A DNA stretch of 64,000 bases from Alphaproteobacteria bacterium (GCA_045605805.1 JAZUQR010000027.1:1-64000), one strand, 5' to 3'. Numbered from the stretch's first letter, positions 17,032-28,070 are shown. The notes: a model not told the origin generated them from the sequence alone. Translations and numbers: made by a program.

Positions 17032-19671
17032 ATGCGATTAAAAAACATATTTGGTTCAGCCAATGAACGCTACTTAAAAAAGTTTTCAAAACAAATTAAA
17101 CAAATCAATGCATTGGAAGAACAATATAAAACTCTAACGGACGATGAATTAAAAGCCAAAACAACCGAATTCAAAGCCCGATTGAAAAAAAACGAAACCT
17201 TGTGGAACATTTTGCCAGAAGCCTTTGCCACAGTACGAGAAGCCGCTTGGCGCACATTGGGATTGCGCCCCTTTGATGTACAATTATTGGGGGGTATGGT
17301 TTTATTTGACAACAAAATTGCCGAAATGAAAACAGGTGAAGGTAAAACATTAGTCGCCACATTGCCGGTTTATTTGAATGCGTTAACCGGAAAAGGTGTT
17401 CATGTCGTCACTGTCAATGATTATCTTGCCTCTCGTGACAGTGAATGGATGGGAAAAATCTATCGCTTTTTGGGGCTTACCGTTGGCTGTATCGTTGGCG
17501 GTATGGATCACGAACAACGCAAAGCCGCCTATGCCTGCGATATAACCTATGCCACAAACAATGAATTAGGATTTGACTATTTGCGTGACAATATGTGTGG
17601 CAATAAAGACCAAATGGTACAACGCCCGTTTAACTTTGCCATCGTGGATGAAGTGGACTCTATTTTAATTGACGAAGCCCGCACCCCGTTGATTATTTCC
17701 GGTCCGGCCGAAGATTCATCGGAACGCTATATCGCTGTGGATAAAATGATGCTCAACATCCGTCCGGAACACTACGAAAAAGACGAAAAACATAAAAATG
17801 TCACTTTAACCGATGAAGGGATGGAATTTGTAGAAGAGGCACTGCACAATGCCGAATTGATGACAGGTGGCTTGTACGATACAGAAAACATTGCTTTTGT
17901 TCACCATGTGGAACAGGCTTTACGGGCCCATACGCTTTTTCAAAAAGATGTAGACTATATTGTCAAAGACAACAAGGTCATGATTATTGACGAATTCACA
18001 GGCCGCATTATGGACGGCCGACGCTATTCCAACGGTCTGCATCAAGCACTGGAAGCCAAAGAAGGGGTTGAAATCCAGCCCGAAAACCAAACCTTGGCCT
18101 CCATCACATACCAAAACTATTTCCGTATGTATCCATCATTAGCCGGTATGACAGGTACCGCTATGACCGAAGCTGCCGAATTTGAAAGCATCTATAAATT
18201 ACAGGTTATTGATATTCCAACAAACAAACCTGTGGCACGCAAAGACGAACAAGATGCCATCTATCATACAGCCGAAGAAAAATATCAAGCCATTATTGAA
18301 GAAATAAAAAAAGTCCATGAACGGGGACAACCGATTCTGGTGGGAACAACAAGCATTGAAAAATCGGAAATACTAGCTCGTCTATTGAAAGAAAAAACAA
18401 ACATTCCGTTTAATGTATTAAACGCCCGTCACCACGAACAAGAGGCACATATCATTGCCCAAGCAGGTGTCCCAGGTGCCGTCACCATTGCTACAAATAT
18501 GGCCGGCCGAGGCACAGACATTAAATTGGGTGGCAACTTTGAAATGAAGTTTGCCGAAGAAAAAGCCCTTCACCCAGAAATGCCTGATGAAGAATTGACC
18601 AAAAAAATCCAAGAAGAAATCGCCAAAGGCAAAGAAAAAGCCTTATCCGCAGGCGGATTGTATGTATTGGGTTCTGAACGCCATGAAAGCCGCCGTATTG
18701 ATAACCAATTGCGTGGTCGTTCTGGCCGTCAAGGGGATCCAGGGCAATCTAAGTTCTATGTAAGCCTTCAAGATGATTTAATGCGCATTTTTGGTTCTGA
18801 ACGAATCGGACGCATCTTAAAAACAATGGGCTTAAAAGAAGGGGAAGCCATTGAACACCCTTGGATAAGCAAAGCCATAGCCAAAGCCCAGCAAAAAGTT
18901 GAAGAATATCATTTTGATGTTCGTAAAAACCTGTTAAAATTTGACGATGTCACAAATGATCAACGCAAAATTATTTACGAACAACGCAAAGAATTGATGG
19001 AAATGGACAATGTTTTACCGGTAATGCAAGATATGCAACAAGATGCCATTTCCGCTTTAATTTTTTCAATCGCTCCGGAACGATCGGCCCCAGAAGATTG
19101 GAATGAAGAAGAATTGCGTCAAGAAACAATTAAACTATTGGGGATAGATGCCCCCTTTGCCGCATGGAAAAATGAACCTGGCATTGAACCAGAAGTAATG
19201 ATTGAACGGCTGATAAAAATGGCCAATTCGGCTTGGGAAGAAAAAACAAAAATCTTGCCCCCAGACTTCAAAAAAGAGTTTGAACGCACACTTTTAATTC
19301 AAACCATTGACACCTTGTGGAAAGAGCATTTACAAAGTTTGGACTTTATGAAAACATCCATCGGATTGCGTGCCTATGGTCAACAAAACCCTATCAACGC
19401 CTTCAAACAAGAGGCCTTTCAACTTTTCCAAAGCATGATAGGACGAGCTCGGGAAAAAATAACCGAAACAATGGGGCGTTTGGAATTACAGCTGTCTGCA
19501 CCTGCCCCAACACAAACCCAACAAAACACCCCCGAATTAGCGGCAGAAGAAAATCCTTTACCCCCCATTGACAAAGAAAAACCCAACTTTGACAACACCT
19601 CACGCAACGCACCATGTCCTTGCGGTTCTGGCAAAAAATACAAGCATTGTTGTGGGCAATTAAAGGTATAA
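17032..19671 (+). CDS. secA: Preprotein translocase subunit SecA
   Basis: [40 protein letters not shown]-terminal SEC-C motif [13 protein letters not shown]. Confidence 0.99.
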   Translation: MRLKNIFGSANERYLKKFSKQIKQINALEEQYKTLTDDELKAKTTEFKARLKKNETLWNILPEAFATVREAAWRTLGLRPFDVQLLGGMVLFDNKIAEMKTGEGKTLVATLPVYLNALTGKGVHVVTVNDYLASRDSEWMGKIYRFLGLTVGCIVGGMDHEQRKAAYACDITYATNNELGFDYLRDNMCGNKDQMVQRPFNFAIVDEVDSILIDEARTPLIISGPAEDSSERYIAVDKMMLNIRPEHYEKDEKHKNVTLTDEGMEFVEEALHNAELMTGGLYDTENIAFVHHVEQALRAHTLFQKDVDYIVKDNKVMIIDEFTGRIMDGRRYSNGLHQALEAKEGVEIQPENQTLASITYQNYFRMYPSLAGMTGTAMTEAAEFESIYKLQVIDIPTNKPVARKDEQDAIYHTAEEKYQAIIEEIKKVHERGQPILVGTTSIEKSEILARLLKEKTNIPFNVLNARHHEQEAHIIAQAGVPGAVTIATNMAGRGTDIKLGGNFEMKFAEEKALHPEMPDEELTKKIQEEIAKGKEKALSAGGLYVLGSERHESRRIDNQLRGRSGRQGDPGQSKFYVSLQDDLMRIFGSERIGRILKTMGLKEGEAIEHPWISKAIAKAQQKVEEYHFDVRKNLLKFDDVTNDQRKIIYEQRKELMEMDNVLPVMQDMQQDAISALIFSIAPERSAPEDWNEEELRQETIKLLGIDAPFAAWKNEPGIEPEVMIERLIKMANSAWEEKTKILPPDFKKEFERTLLIQTIDTLWKEHLQSLDFMKTSIGLRAYGQQNPINAFKQEAFQLFQSMIGRAREKITETMGRLELQLSAPAPTQTQQNTPELAAEENPLPPIDKEKPNFDNTSRNAPCPCGSGKKYKHCCGQLKV

Positions 19672-20253
19672 ATTATCGCTAATAAAACGCCAATTGATGG
19701 CTTGTGTCACAATTTCAGTGACATAAGCCTTGCGGCGATTTTGATAATCAAGATAATAAGCGTGTTCCCACACATCTAAACACCATAAAGGGCGTATCCC
19801 TTTGACACCACAAGGTGTTTCAGCATTAGATGTTGTTTGAATTTTCAATTTTCCATCATCCGAAACAAGCCACATCCAGCCCGCCCCAAAAACACCAACA
19901 GCCGCATCAATCATAGTCTGTTTCAAAACTTCCAACGAACCAAAATCTCTTTCAATCAAAAACAACAAATCGGAAGAAATCAATTTATCCGCCATATCTA
20001 AACTTAACCCGGCAAAGAAGAACTCATGATTCCAAACCTGAGCCGCCTGATTAAATAAATCTCGTTTTTCTTTATCCCAAGCCAACCGCACAACCTCGTC
20101 CAAACTTTTGTTGTGCCATGCCTTGGGCAACAATTCATTGGCCCGAGTCACATAAGCCGTGTAATGTTTTTCGTGATGAAAAAATAAAGTATCCGGCCAA
20201 ATCACAGGCTTCAAAGCACTAAAATCATACGGCAACAATTGAATCTCTATCAT
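19660..20253 (-). CDS. sodB: Fe-type superoxide dismutase
   Basis: [25 protein letters not shown]. Confidence 0.93.
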   Translation of the reverse strand: MIEIQLLPYDFSALKPVIWPDTLFFHHEKHYTAYVTRANELLPKAWHNKSLDEVVRLAWDKEKRDLFNQAAQVWNHEFFFAGLSLDMADKLISSDLLFLIERDFGSLEVLKQTMIDAAVGVFGAGWMWLVSDDGKLKIQTTSNAETPCGVKGIRPLWCLDVWEHAYYLDYQNRRKAYVTEIVTQAINWRFISDNLYL

Positions 20254-20350
20254 AAAATATCCCCCTTGATATATTTTTTACATAGAAACATGCATTTACA
20301 AAATCAAGGGCTTGATTTTCTGTAAAAAGTTTGTTATAATGGACTTCACA

Positions 20351-20435
<85 letters not shown>

Positions 20436-20499
20436 CTTAAAAAAAAATGATGGACATCCTTTTTCATTTTCTGATATAATGCAAAATAAGGAGAGGAAT

Positions 20500-20994
20500 A
20501 TGTCTATTTTTGAATTATCCAACACATTAAAAACAAAATCAATTAAACCGGCTGGACGGGCTGAAACCCCAAAGAAACATGTCTCTATCGTCCCTCAACC
20601 ACAAACACCGGCTGATTTGGAAAAAATGGCAATGGAAGCTATGGCCGACCTGTCAGCAAAGTTTCCTGCATGGGCCAGCGGAGATGTTCAAAAAATCAAG
20701 CAATTATTGATTCAAGCCAATGAATTATATGACCAACAACGCACAGACCTCATTCGCCAAAAAGTTTATCCAAAAGCCCATGACTTAAAAGGGCAAGGCA
20801 CAACATTTGGCTATCCGCTGATTACCGACATCGGTTCACACATGTGTCAATTGATTACAACAAAATCAAACTATACCCCAAAAGATGTGCGCACCCTTCA
20901 ACAAGATGCCTTGATGATGGAAACAATCTTGTGGAAAAAACTTAAAGGTGACGGTGGCTTAAAAGGAGCCGAGATATTGGAGAAATTAAAATAA
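20500..20994 (+). CDS. Hpt (histidine phosphotransfer) domain protein
   Basis: AHDLKGQGTTFGYPLIT motif; start moved to ATG 20500 (GGAGAGG SD) because the longer ORF overlaps the tRNA. Confidence 0.8.
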   Translation: MSIFELSNTLKTKSIKPAGRAETPKKHVSIVPQPQTPADLEKMAMEAMADLSAKFPAWASGDVQKIKQLLIQANELYDQQRTDLIRQKVYPKAHDLKGQGTTFGYPLITDIGSHMCQLITTKSNYTPKDVRTLQQDALMMETILWKKLKGDGGLKGAEILEKLK

Positions 20995-21663
20995 ATGGAA
21001 AAAAATCATATTTTAATTGTGGATGATGATACCCGCCTGCGCCAATTGTTGAAAACCTATTTACAGCGCAATAATTTTATAACCTCAGAATGCGCCAACG
21101 CCAATGAAACAGAAGATTTTTTGGCACTAATACACCCCGATGCCATTGTCATGGATATGATGATGCCCGAAAAAAATGGGGATATTCTGATTAAAGAATT
21201 GCGCCAAAAAAGAATAAACATCCCAATTTTAATGCTAACAGCCAAAGGCGATCCATCCAGCCGCATCAACGGGTTGGAAGCGGGTGCTGACGACTATCTG
21301 TCCAAACCGTTTGAGCCAAAAGAGTTGCTGTTGCGACTCAATAATCTATTAAAAAGAACTAATCCAGCACACACAAAACAAATGGTGTTTGGGCCATTTT
21401 GCTATAACACCCAATTGGGGATTTTAACAAAAGAAAACACCCCCATTTCCTTGACAAGTGTAGAGCAAAAGCTGTTGGAGATTTTATTGAATCGCATCAA
21501 TCAAACCATTTCTCGGGAAGAACTGTCTACCTTGTTAGAGCTAGATAACGAACGCAGTGCTGATGTACAAATCACCCGTCTGCGCAAAAAATTGGAACAA
21601 GGCGAAACCACACAAATAATACAAACAATACGAGGAAAGGGGTATAGGTTGATAAGCGCATGA
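20995..21663 (+). CDS. OmpR-family response regulator
   Basis: IVDDD, MDMMMP, MLTA, GADDYLSKPF, winged helix DVQITRLRKK..TIRGKGY. Confidence 0.95.
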   Translation: MEKNHILIVDDDTRLRQLLKTYLQRNNFITSECANANETEDFLALIHPDAIVMDMMMPEKNGDILIKELRQKRINIPILMLTAKGDPSSRINGLEAGADDYLSKPFEPKELLLRLNNLLKRTNPAHTKQMVFGPFCYNTQLGILTKENTPISLTSVEQKLLEILLNRINQTISREELSTLLELDNERSADVQITRLRKKLEQGETTQIIQTIRGKGYRLISA

Positions 21664-23018
21664 TGAAAAATTGGATGAAAAACCTAAAAAAAACAATCAT
21701 TCCTAACGGCATTATCGGACGATTTTGTTTAATTTTCTTGCTGCCCCTAACAATTGCCCAATTTTCGTTGGGTCAGTTTTTCTATCACCGCCATTGGGAA
21801 ACCATCAGCCGTCGTTTGGCACAAGATATTTATGGCGAAATAGAATTAGTTGCCACCTATATCAATAACACCCCTCTTTCTGAAAATCAAACACACAGCT
21901 TTTTGAAAACAGTGGAAAGCAGTTTGTTTTTAGATTTTAATTGGCAACCCAATGCAACCTTAAAAATGAAAGAGAAAAAACGACTGTTTGATATGAATCA
22001 CGATTTAACAGCCGAATTAAAAAACCTGCCATTTCCCCACCTGATAACCACCACAACAAATAACCAACAACGCATTCATATCCAATTAAAAGAAGGGGTA
22101 TTAGAGGTTATGGTTGCTCGCAAGCGTTTTTTCAGCTCAACCGTCTGGGTCTTTTTTCTGTGGTTAGGCCTATCGTCAATTTTGTGGTTTGGAGTTGCTT
22201 TAATTTTTATGAAAAACCAATTACGAGCCATCATTCGTTTGGCCAACGCAGCCGAATTATTTGGAATCGGCAAAACTGTGGATAACTTCAAGCCCGAAGG
22301 AGCCACCGAAGTGCGTCATGCCGGCACAGCTTTTTTGTTGATGAAAAACCGCATTCAACGTTATCTAAGCGAACGCACAGCCATGTTGGCCGGTGTTTCA
22401 CATGATTTGCGCACACCACTCACTCGCCTAAAATTGCAACTGTCTCTGTTGCCACAAGACGAAACAACAAAAGAAATGGAACAAGATGTCAATGACATGG
22501 AAAACATGTTAAACGGGTATCTGACATTTGTCCGAGGCGATGGGCGGGAAGAATCCAAAGAAATTGCGCTTACGCCATTTATCGCAAATCTTGTGGATAA
22601 GTTCAAAAAAACGAACCATTCTATTGAATTGCACATTTCCAAAGACTTAAACATTATCGGCCGTCCCACAGATATTTCACGAGCCATAGGCAACCTTTTA
22701 TCCAATGCCGGCCGCTATGCCACAAAAACATGGGTCAAAGTTCAAAAGCACCAAGATGTTGTCCATATTTTAATTGATGACAACGGCAAAGGCATTCCCA
22801 AAGACAAACATAAAGAGGTGTTCAAACCATTTTATCGCATTGAACAATCCCGCAACACACACACAGGAGGCATAGGTCTAGGTCTGTCCATTGCCCGAGA
22901 CATCATTCTGTCACATGGTGGAGATATTGCGTTGGATAAAAGCCCACAAAAAGGCTTGCGAGTCATTGTCACCTTCCCCCTTTACAAACCATCAAAAAAA
23001 AATTGCATGAAAAAATAA
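21660..23018 (+). CDS. EnvZ-like sensor histidine kinase
   Basis: Two TM segments, HAMP domain, SHDLRTPLTR, NLLSNA, DDNGKGIP, GGIGLGL. Confidence 0.95.
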   Translation: MMKNWMKNLKKTIIPNGIIGRFCLIFLLPLTIAQFSLGQFFYHRHWETISRRLAQDIYGEIELVATYINNTPLSENQTHSFLKTVESSLFLDFNWQPNATLKMKEKKRLFDMNHDLTAELKNLPFPHLITTTTNNQQRIHIQLKEGVLEVMVARKRFFSSTVWVFFLWLGLSSILWFGVALIFMKNQLRAIIRLANAAELFGIGKTVDNFKPEGATEVRHAGTAFLLMKNRIQRYLSERTAMLAGVSHDLRTPLTRLKLQLSLLPQDETTKEMEQDVNDMENMLNGYLTFVRGDGREESKEIALTPFIANLVDKFKKTNHSIELHISKDLNIIGRPTDISRAIGNLLSNAGRYATKTWVKVQKHQDVVHILIDDNGKGIPKDKHKEVFKPFYRIEQSRNTHTGGIGLGLSIARDIILSHGGDIALDKSPQKGLRVIVTFPLYKPSKKNCMKK

Positions 23019-23051
23019 AATAGTATATCATAGAATAAAAAGGAGGAAATC

Positions 23052-24089
23052 ATGCGTTCAATTTTACCTGTTTTAATTATCTTTTATACGGTTGGAGCAT
23101 TTGCACAAGAAACGGCTCTGAATGCAGTGACAAATACTTTATCCGACACAGCAAACATAATAAACACCACAACCGGCACCTATTATGATGCCCAAAGTTT
23201 AACCTATAAACCCGAAACAATCGCACAACATATAGAAGAAGGCGACCTAAAAAAAACGGCACAAGATGTCAAAAAAACCGCAAACACATTGGAAAGTGCG
23301 GTTTCCGGCGTCAATGCCCTCACCGGATCGGCTCTTGATGTAGGCGGAACAGCTGATGCCTTAAAAGAAACCAGTAATTCAATATCCAGTGTCAGCAAAA
23401 CCATTTCCTCGGCAGAGCGGGCCGAAAAAAATGCCGAACGTTTGGAAGAAGCCATCAAAGAAGGGGACTTAGGCAAAACTGCCAACGCCCTGTCTAGTTT
23501 AAGAAACACCACAAAATCAGGATTAAACAACTTAAATAAAATTGCCGATACTTCCTTGGGCAACGAAACAATGGAAACCATACAAGATTCGTTAAAAGGA
23601 ACAAGCACAAAATTAAAGCAAGTAAATAAAGTGCATAAAGATGCAAATAAAATTACCAATTCCGCCGAAAAAATCAAAGATTCCATAGAAGAAGGAAATA
23701 TCGCTGGTGTTGCCTCAGGACTCAGCAGTTTGGCAAAAAATATCAAAACAGCCTCAAAAGATACAAAAAAAGCCTTAGGTACAGGAAGCAAATCCAAATC
23801 TGGCTCGGCTTCTGGCGGCAACAAGTCTGGCTCAGGTTCTGGTGGGGCTGCGGGCGACAACAAGTCCGGCTCGGGTTCTAGTGGGGCTTCAGGCGAAGAT
23901 AAGGCACAAGAACAAAAAAATACTGCCAACACCAACAAGCCAACAAAAACAAACACAAGAACAATCCAAACAGGGCCATTTAAGGCCAACACACAAAGTG
24001 AGGAACTCAATAAACTTTTGAAAGATGTATCCATTGTAGATACAACATCAGCCCCAAAAATCATGGAATTAAAGAAAAAAGGAAAATAA
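23052..24089 (+). CDS. Secreted helical-repeat protein with a Gly/Ser-rich linker
   Basis: Signal peptide (..GAFA-Q); three I(E/K)EG(D/N) repeats; KSGSGS-type low-complexity stretch; SD AGGAGG. Confidence 0.75.
   Translation: MRSILPVLIIFYTVGAFAQETALNAVTNTLSDTANIINTTTGTYYDAQSLTYKPETIAQHIEEGDLKKTAQDVKKTANTLESAVSGVNALTGSALDVGGTADALKETSNSISSVSKTISSAERAEKNAERLEEAIKEGDLGKTANALSSLRNTTKSGLNNLNKIADTSLGNETMETIQDSLKGTSTKLKQVNKVHKDANKITNSAEKIKDSIEEGNIAGVASGLSSLAKNIKTASKDTKKALGTGSKSKSGSASGGNKSGSGSGGAAGDNKSGSGSSGASGEDKAQEQKNTANTNKPTKTNTRTIQTGPFKANTQSEELNKLLKDVSIVDTTSAPKIMELKKKGK
23794..23900 (+). repeat. Imperfect coding tandem repeat (KSGS(A/G)S x3)
   Basis: aaatctggctcggcttct / aagtctggctcaggttct / aagtccggctcgggttct. 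Confidence 0.7.
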
Positions 24090-24090
24090 A

Positions 24091-24279
24091 ATGAAACAGA
24101 CGCTGTTTTTATTTATCTGGATATCAGCTTTTTGGGTGGCCTGCCCCACATGGGCACAAAATGCACTGGAAAATCAAGATAAAAGTTTTCAAAAAGCAAC
24201 CGAATTGACACAAGAACACAAAAAACAATTACAAACACTGCTTCCTAACTATACCCCCAAAAAAACAACCAGCCCATAA
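24091..24279 (+). CDS. Small secreted hypothetical protein
   Basis: Signal peptide ending TWA-Q; starts 1 nt after the previous stop; terminator follows. Confidence 0.55.
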   Translation: MKQTLFLFIWISAFWVACPTWAQNALENQDKSFQKATELTQEHKKQLQTLLPNYTPKKTTSP

Positions 24280-24280
24280 A

Positions 24281-24310
24281 AAAACTCCGCTTTTTTTTAA
24301 GCGGAGTTTT
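24281..24310. terminator. Bidirectional terminator
   Basis: AAAACTCCGCTT-N6-AAGCGGAGTTTT between convergent genes. Confidence 0.85.
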
Positions 24311-24323
24311 ATTTTGCTTGCTA

Positions 24324-24662
24324 TTATTGAAAATCATCAATAGCGTCTGTATAATCAATATCACCTCCATCAGAATCGCTACTGACAGCGTAGTTCACCA
24401 CTTGGGAAGCCACAGCCAAAATAGCCAAACCAACGGCCAAAATCGCCACCTTTTTCCATTCCAATCTACCAAAGATAGCTGCAACGGCAAAACCAACCAA
24501 AGCAAAACCACCTAAAATAAACACAATTTGACGCACGTTTTGGAACACATCCCCCAACTTTTGGGACGCTGTGGAGGCGATATCTTGTGCAAATGCAGCA
24601 CCTGCCACACACAAAGTGGCAACAATGGCCAATTGGCCCATAATTTTCAAAGTTTTATTCAT
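24324..24662 (-). CDS. VirB2/TrbC-like pilin
   Basis: Signal peptide ending AFA-Q, amphipathic helix, two hydrophobic helices separated by FGRLEWKK (VirB2-type G..W loop), acidic tail; SD AAGGAG. Confidence 0.7.
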   Translation of the reverse strand: MNKTLKIMGQLAIVATLCVAGAAFAQDIASTASQKLGDVFQNVRQIVFILGGFALVGFAVAAIFGRLEWKKVAILAVGLAILAVASQVVNYAVSSDSDGGDIDYTDAIDDFQ

Positions 24663-24851
24663 TTTTTCTCCTTTTGTTTATTAAATACAGATTGAAACAG
24701 CATCAATCTTAAAATCATCATACTCTTATTTTTTTAATTTTCAAACCTTTTTTCACTTTTTTAAGTAAAAGATGTGTTTTTTTTCCTTTTATTAATAAAA
24801 AATTAAGTTTTAACCTTTTATTATGAAGCAGATAAGTTGGAAGGTAAAAAA

Positions 24852-25613
24852 ATGCATTTTCAAAAAAAAATAACAAAAGTTTTGTTGTTGGTTTTACTTG
24901 GCATCCCTCAAATGGTGCATGCTCAAGATAATCAAGACCTTTTGTTGTTTGACAATTCTTCACAAGATTTTCTGCTTCCTTCTTATTTAGATACCAACCA
25001 ACCAACACCCGAAGTGCCAACGGATATTGATATTTTAACCGAAATTTTTGGCAATCAGGCCACCCAACAAGTTGCTCAACCCAAAACACAAACCACCCAA
25101 CTGTCACAACAAACCAAGCAACCAAAGGAATTGCTAACACCTTTGGATCCATTACCAACACTAACCGAAAAACCACTTCAACTGAATAAACCCAAAATTT
25201 ACACTTCGCAATACGCCGTCAAGCTGTTAAACAAGGAAGAAGGCAAAAACAAAATCAACATGACCATACCAACTGACCTGCGCTTGACATTCACACCAAA
25301 CAGCACACAATTGACGGAATCTGCCCTCAACTGGATATCAGCCTATGCCTTACATATTCAAAAAGACCCTCGGTTAGAGGCTATCATCCGAATCAGCAAC
25401 AAAAACTGGCCACTTCAACAGGCACGCCTGTCTTTAATTGTTAAAAAAATGATGGAAAAAGGCCTTTCAACACAACAAATTCGGATTTTACAATCCAACC
25501 GTGATGAAAATACTTTAATTATCGGCAAACAAACCAATAAAAACCAAACACCTATCATCACCCCACAAGAAACAAAAAAAATAATAAAAAAACAAAAAAC
25601 TTTATTGTGGTAA
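24852..25613 (+). CDS. Exported protein with a degenerate OmpA-like C-terminal domain; first gene of the pilus operon
   Basis: Signal peptide (VHA-Q); LTFTPNSTQLTESA...LQQARLSLIVKKMMEKGLSTQQI resembles the OmpA_C pattern. Confidence 0.55.
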   Translation: MHFQKKITKVLLLVLLGIPQMVHAQDNQDLLLFDNSSQDFLLPSYLDTNQPTPEVPTDIDILTEIFGNQATQQVAQPKTQTTQLSQQTKQPKELLTPLDPLPTLTEKPLQLNKPKIYTSQYAVKLLNKEEGKNKINMTIPTDLRLTFTPNSTQLTESALNWISAYALHIQKDPRLEAIIRISNKNWPLQQARLSLIVKKMMEKGLSTQQIRILQSNRDENTLIIGKQTNKNQTPIITPQETKKIIKKQKTLLW

Positions 25614-25663
25614 GTGTTGTATATTAAAAAAAAATGTGCTACGATAACAAAAAGGAGATTAAA

Positions 25664-26440
25664 ATGACAAAACAGATTCATTATTTATTGGTTGCTATCG
25701 CTTTAACCAGCACATTCAATACTGCCTCTGCAGAAGATGTGTATATAGATTGCACAAACCCAAATATCAACCAAGACAAATGCGCGGCATTATATCACCA
25801 ACAAGTAATCAACACACCAGCCCCCCTTCAACAAAAAAACTTAAAACCTGATGAAGCGGTTATCAATGCCACGCCTGAGATGAATGAACAAACCTTAGAA
25901 AACGCCCCTGTTCAGCAAATTATTATGCGTGATACAGCAGCTCCTATCGCCATTTCACAACCCATGAACGAATTGGAAGAAGTGGGGTCAGAATATGCTT
26001 TTTACAAAACACAAACTGGTGGTTTGGTTGTAGAACGAGATGTCACACAAGAAGTGGGGGAAGATGGTACAACCATCCAAACCACCCGCACAACCGAAAC
26101 AACAGTCACACCATCCTATGTTGAAATGCCATCCATTTCGGCCCATCGTCGGTCTGATAAAATTGCCTACGGCGAAACAGCCCAAGATTGGGAAGCCTTA
26201 AATGGTGACAGCTTGCGCAACCTGTTGATAGATTGGGGAAAGAAATCCGGATGGACAGTTGTTTGGAAACTGGACAGAGATTATATTTTAGAAGCTGGCG
26301 TTGTGTTCCGTGGCACATTCACCGAAGTGTCCAGCGCAATCATTCGCACCTTTGCACGGGCAAATCCGGCCCCAATCGGCACATTCTATAAAGGAAACAG
26401 GGTATTAGTAATCAATACACAGGAGGATGACAATGGTTAA
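25664..26440 (+). CDS. TcpQ/PilL-type type IVb pilus accessory protein
   Basis: Signal peptide; C-terminal WEALNGDSLRNLLIDWGKKSGWTVVW...F.G.F...FYKGNRVLVI matches the TcpQ domain pattern; SD AAGGAG. Confidence 0.8.
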   Translation: MTKQIHYLLVAIALTSTFNTASAEDVYIDCTNPNINQDKCAALYHQQVINTPAPLQQKNLKPDEAVINATPEMNEQTLENAPVQQIIMRDTAAPIAISQPMNELEEVGSEYAFYKTQTGGLVVERDVTQEVGEDGTTIQTTRTTETTVTPSYVEMPSISAHRRSDKIAYGETAQDWEALNGDSLRNLLIDWGKKSGWTVVWKLDRDYILEAGVVFRGTFTEVSSAIIRTFARANPAPIGTFYKGNRVLVINTQEDDNG

Positions 26441-28058
26441 AAAAACAGCCCTTTCACTGATTGCACTGATTGCAGGATGCACCATGTTGGCGTCCTGTAA
26501 TAAATATATTTCAGATACAAACAAGAAAATTGAAACAACATTGGAACGGGTGGAAGAATATAATATGCAGGCACAAATGCCTGATTTACCTGAACCAACG
26601 GATACTGTTCGCATTCAAAATGACATTTGGTTGGGAAATGAAAGCATAAAAATTATGGAAGGCGATGCGCTGCCCGACTGGCTGGAAGAAGAAGATGGCA
26701 TTACATTGGTCATTCAAGAAGGGGCCACTTTACCAGATGTTGCCCAACAAATTTCTGATTTAATCAACATTCCGGTGCGTTTGGATGACTTAAAAACAGA
26801 CGAAGCCGTCCCCGAAAACACTGTGGCTGTACGGTACAGCGGCAAACTCAGCGGTCTGTTAAACTATCTGGCTGACCGTTATGGAGTTTATTGGAAATAT
26901 GACGATAAAATGATTCAATTTTTTGCCAATGAAACACGGGTGTTCACAATTTATGCCTTGCCCACAGAAACCACATTACAAACAAGTTTAACTGGGGCCA
27001 CAATGGGTGAAAACTCGGGTGGTGGGAATGCAAGCTCTAATCTATCCACCTCTGCGAACCTTGCTTTATGGGATAACATTGAAGAAGGCGTAAAACAAAT
27101 CGTGGGCGAAAAAGGTAAATTATCGTTCAGCCGTGTCACCGGATCTATCACCGTAAGCGGAAACCCACACATTGTCCGAAAAGTCGGCAAATATGTGGCA
27201 AACTGGAATGAAAAATTGTCCCGCCAAGTGGCCATCACTGTACGCATTTTGCAAGTGACCACCAACAATGAAGACAACTATGGCCTAGACTTAAAAGCCG
27301 TTTTCAACAACTCTAATTTTGGTCTGACCCTTCTCAGTCCGGACAGACTAGCACCGGCCGTTGCGCCAACATCCGGCAGTTTAGCCATGTCATTGGTTAG
27401 ACCAAGCAGCAAGTTTTCAGGTTCAGATGCTTTAATCAAAGCCTTTTCCACACAAGGAAAAACCAGATTATTGACCAGCGCAAGTGTCACAACAATGAAC
27501 AATAAAGTGGCACCTGTCCAATTGACAACAAGCAAAAACTATGTAAAAGAAATCAATGTCACAACCACAGGGTCGGGTGAAGACCAAAATGTGGAAACAG
27601 ATATGGATACAGATACCCTCACCTATGGTTTTACAATGGATATTTTACCCCGTATTTTGGATCATGGTCGGTTGATTTTGATGTTCTCCCTTACAATGAC
27701 AGACTTGATTGATTTGGAAGAATACTCCTCTGCATCTGGGTCAACAAAAGAAGACACCGAAACAGATAATAACACAGATAACGACCAAGAAAAAGAAGAA
27801 ACACGGGTGCAATTGCCCACAATGACAATGCGTGGATTTATGCAAGAAATCGCCATGCGGTCGGGCTACACCTTGGTTTTAACTGGATTTGAAACAGTCA
27901 ATGATTCAACCGAATCAAGTGGCATTGGCAAAGCCAAGATGGGGTTGCTGGGTGGTAAAGCCTACAATAACAATGAACATCAAGTTCTGGTCATCTTAAT
28001 CACACCAGAGGTTTTACAATCTCCTCTGTCACAAGAATCCTTGATGCGTGATTACTAA
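26427..28058 (+). CDS. pilN: Type IVb pilus lipoprotein secretin (PilN/BfpB family)
   Basis: Lipobox LASC; YSGKLSGLLNYLA..GVYW, TRVFTI.ALP, RQVAITVRIL, secretin core ending VLVILITP. Confidence 0.88.
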   Translation: MTMVKKTALSLIALIAGCTMLASCNKYISDTNKKIETTLERVEEYNMQAQMPDLPEPTDTVRIQNDIWLGNESIKIMEGDALPDWLEEEDGITLVIQEGATLPDVAQQISDLINIPVRLDDLKTDEAVPENTVAVRYSGKLSGLLNYLADRYGVYWKYDDKMIQFFANETRVFTIYALPTETTLQTSLTGATMGENSGGGNASSNLSTSANLALWDNIEEGVKQIVGEKGKLSFSRVTGSITVSGNPHIVRKVGKYVANWNEKLSRQVAITVRILQVTTNNEDNYGLDLKAVFNNSNFGLTLLSPDRLAPAVAPTSGSLAMSLVRPSSKFSGSDALIKAFSTQGKTRLLTSASVTTMNNKVAPVQLTTSKNYVKEINVTTTGSGEDQNVETDMDTDTLTYGFTMDILPRILDHGRLILMFSLTMTDLIDLEEYSSASGSTKEDTETDNNTDNDQEKEETRVQLPTMTMRGFMQEIAMRSGYTLVLTGFETVNDSTESSGIGKAKMGLLGGKAYNNNEHQVLVILITPEVLQSPLSQESLMRDY

Positions 28059-28070
28059 GAAGGAGCCATC

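Noticed and set aside
23794-23900. Short repeats as a possible CRISPR array
   Set aside because: In-frame coding Gly/Ser repeats with synonymous variation, no unique spacers and no cas genes.
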